A DNA stretch of 64,000 bases. It comes from Basidiobolus meristosporus CBS 931.73 (lineage: Eukaryota > Fungi > Basidiobolomycota). The notes beneath the pieces were generated by a model. That model saw only the letters and a program-made list of their open reading frames with translations. It was not told the origin of the DNA and did not search any database. The DNA is taken from positions 41,866 through 105,865 of the forward strand of contig MCFE01000274.1 in assembly GCA_002104905.1 (NCBI GenBank), in the 5' to 3' direction. Both the position numbers and the translations under genes were made by a program. Below, in pieces: positions 62,001-64,000 of this stretch. The first letter of the stretch is position 1. Every line of letters starts with the position of its first letter.

Positions 62001-62699
62001 TGAGGAAGTATGCCACATCATAGGAGGGGGCTTGTCTCTTGATGGCAGCAAAGAAAGACAGAATGGCAACATGGGCTGGAGGCTTGTTGAACAGTAGAGA
62101 GTCAGAGGATTCAGATTCTTCAGGCACTATCTTGAAGTCAGTTTTCAGCCAGTTAAGGTTCTTCTCCACAAAGGCAACAAATGGGTCAGCAATGTTTTGG
62201 TCTAGGATAACCTCCAGAATCTTCCCTTTTCTCCAGGCCAGGTTGACAATTCTTGAGAGCTGAATATTGCATGCCTTGAGTGCTTTCCTGATGTTGGAAA
62301 TGGGAGTCCAGGGAACTTGCTTCAAGTACACCACAGTCCAGGTAGAAGCTGGTGGTAGGTTTGCTGGGGGCTTGTAAGTCCTTCTGTGTGGCAATGGAGC
62401 TGCAGTAGTCAGATTGGAGTCCACATTCTCAGTAGAGGGTTTTCTTGATGTGTCTTGCTGAATGGTACTGGAGCTGGATGTGCTGATAATTCTTGCTAGA
62501 ACCTTGCCTGCATAAGTCTGAGGTATAGCTGAGGTGACTGTAGAGGTGGTGGCAGCTGGTGCAGGTGGAGAGGCAGAAACTGAAGCAGGAACTGAGGTCA
62601 CCTGGGAGAAGACAGTAGAAGCAGGTTTTCTGGGAGGAACAGAGTTCACTATCCAGTTGTTCTGTAAAACACTGGAGTAGCTTTCTGTGGAACAGAATC
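59048..62699 (-). mobile_element. E2: non-LTR retrotransposon, second subfamily, 5'-truncated within ORF1
   Basis: ORF1 61885-62699; ORF2 59115-61884 with about three frameshifts (~61140, ~60930, ~60845); the RT part 59115-60833 is intact. Confidence 0.9.
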
Positions 62700-64000
62700 T
62701 TAGGGTTAGGGGGGGGAGACAGTCACCAACAGGTGAAATCTTTATTTCAGTTGAAACAAAGAAGCCAGCACTACTGTTGTAGCATTGATACAAGAGTGTG
62801 TAGCTGAGGGGAATTTGTAGGTAAGTTAATAAGAAGTGATGATAGTTCTTCAGTGCTCAAGACACTGTTCAGTGGGAAGGGGGGTAGCAAGAGAGGTAAG
62901 AATGACTTGTGAACAACATTAATGAGGGGAATGTGATAAGGATTGATATTCATCATAAAGGGAGTGTGCTGCTGCAGATATTGCTGCCAAAGGTCTGTCA
63001 AGTACTTCAGGTAGGCCAGCTTGGGTTTTTCTGACTGCAGAATAAATTCAGCAAACTTCTTGACTTCAGGATCTCCAAGTATAGTTCTCCAGCAGGAGCC
63101 AGGTGTTATGTGGTGTGTTCTCTTCCAGGCCTTAATCAGTGGGTTGTTGCAGTTGTGAAGTCTGAGGTATAATCTGGTTCTAAGGTACAGAAGTCTGATC
63201 TTATAGGGCATAAACCCAAAAGCACCAAGAATAGCATGTCTGTAGGGGCATTCAGGCAAATGAGGCACCAAGGAGGTAATGCACCATACTGCAAACTTGT
63301 CAAGCTTAGTGCAGTCTCTAGAAGTAAGAGAGAGAAGTGGTAAGCCAAATTCCAGGACAGGGAAGACAAACTGCTTGAGTAGAAGAAGGCAGCTGGGAGC
63401 TGAAGTTGTAGGAGGAGTAACAGCCAGTAGCTTGTGGAGTGCCTGTCTTGCCAGGATAATTCTCTTCTTCAGGTGTGCTCCAGAGTCTAGTCCAGTAGGA
63501 AGGAAAGGAAAGCCAAGATATGTAGCAGAAACCTGAGCAGGTAGAGTGGAGTTCTCCAAGTTGATGGGAGAGCCCAAAGGTACTGTCTTTGCAATGGAAA
63601 GCTGGAGATTATTCTTCTGCAGATACTGGTGGATGGTCTGGGAGTCTTGTTGCACATTGGAGGAGGATATTCTGATGTCATCAGCAAATAGAGTAACCAG
63701 GCAGTCAGCTGAGAGTCTTGGGAAATCATTCAGGAAGATGGCAAACAGTATAGGACCAAGCACAGAGCCTTGAACCACTCCATTAGGAACTGAGAACACA
63801 GCTGATTGCTCACTTGGGTGCAGAATTCTTGCTTGTGGATCCAGAAACAGAGACCTGACAAGGAGGGTGAGAGAGGTACTGGAGAAGCATTGCAACTTGG
63901 ACCAAAGCAGATTTCTGTCAACTGAATCAAAGGCCTTAGTAATATCAAACAGAACAGAGGGATTCTTGCTCTGGAGAGAGTGATCTTGGCTAAGTATGAC
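62700..64000 (-). mobile_element. E3: non-LTR retrotransposon nearly identical to E2; runs off the right edge
   Basis: 62703-64000 matches 59048-~60343 with only about ten differences counted by eye; RT ORF 62771-63895+. Confidence 0.92.

Noticed and set aside
62700-62793. ATG start (MYQCY...) given by the track for E2 ORF1
   Set aside because: It lies inside the 3' end of the neighbouring E3; the equivalent frame at the E2/E1 junction is closed, so it is probably coincidental.
54793-64000. Classifying the array as Penelope-like (Athena/Coprina) or DIRS elements
   Set aside because: The RT has LINE-type QGSVLGP and (Y/F)ADD motifs plus an N-terminal APE-type domain; no GIY-YIG or tyrosine recombinase is seen.
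1-64000. tRNA or rRNA genes
   Set aside because: None recognised by eye; a tRNAscan-SE/Infernal run would be needed to exclude them.

Overview
Eukaryotic, intron-containing fungal DNA, most likely from an early-diverging lineage (inferred from gene content, short GT-AG introns and CTAAC-type branch sites). A CpG-rich island of about 16 genes (~9.5-48.5 kb) lies between two CpG-depleted transposon blocks. The left block holds a Ty3/gypsy 5' end with a -1 frameshift cassette, copia relics and a decayed CACTA/EnSpm-type transposase. The island encodes an M3 oligopeptidase, START, EVE, SH3, Num1-like, Ste11-like MAPKKK, WDR7-like, GPN1, SUV3, TOK K+ channel, RdRP, Gti1/Pac2, Vps74 and PPR proteins, plus two genes the ORF track misses (OST4 and a Coa1/Tim21-like protein). 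The most striking structure is at the right end: a same-orientation, head-to-tail array of 5'-truncated non-LTR retrotransposons (APE-type endonuclease + RT). They have no poly(A) tails. Each ends in a conserved hairpin plus CCCTAA(CCC), so (GGG)TTAGG(G) sits at every junction on the cDNA strand. In two divergent copies ORF1 and an ATG-less ORF2 are in frame across an identical TGA-CTA-C readthrough-type signal. This resembles a telomere-primed retrotransposon array; telomeric location itself cannot be seen in this window. All alignments and counts were done by eye.
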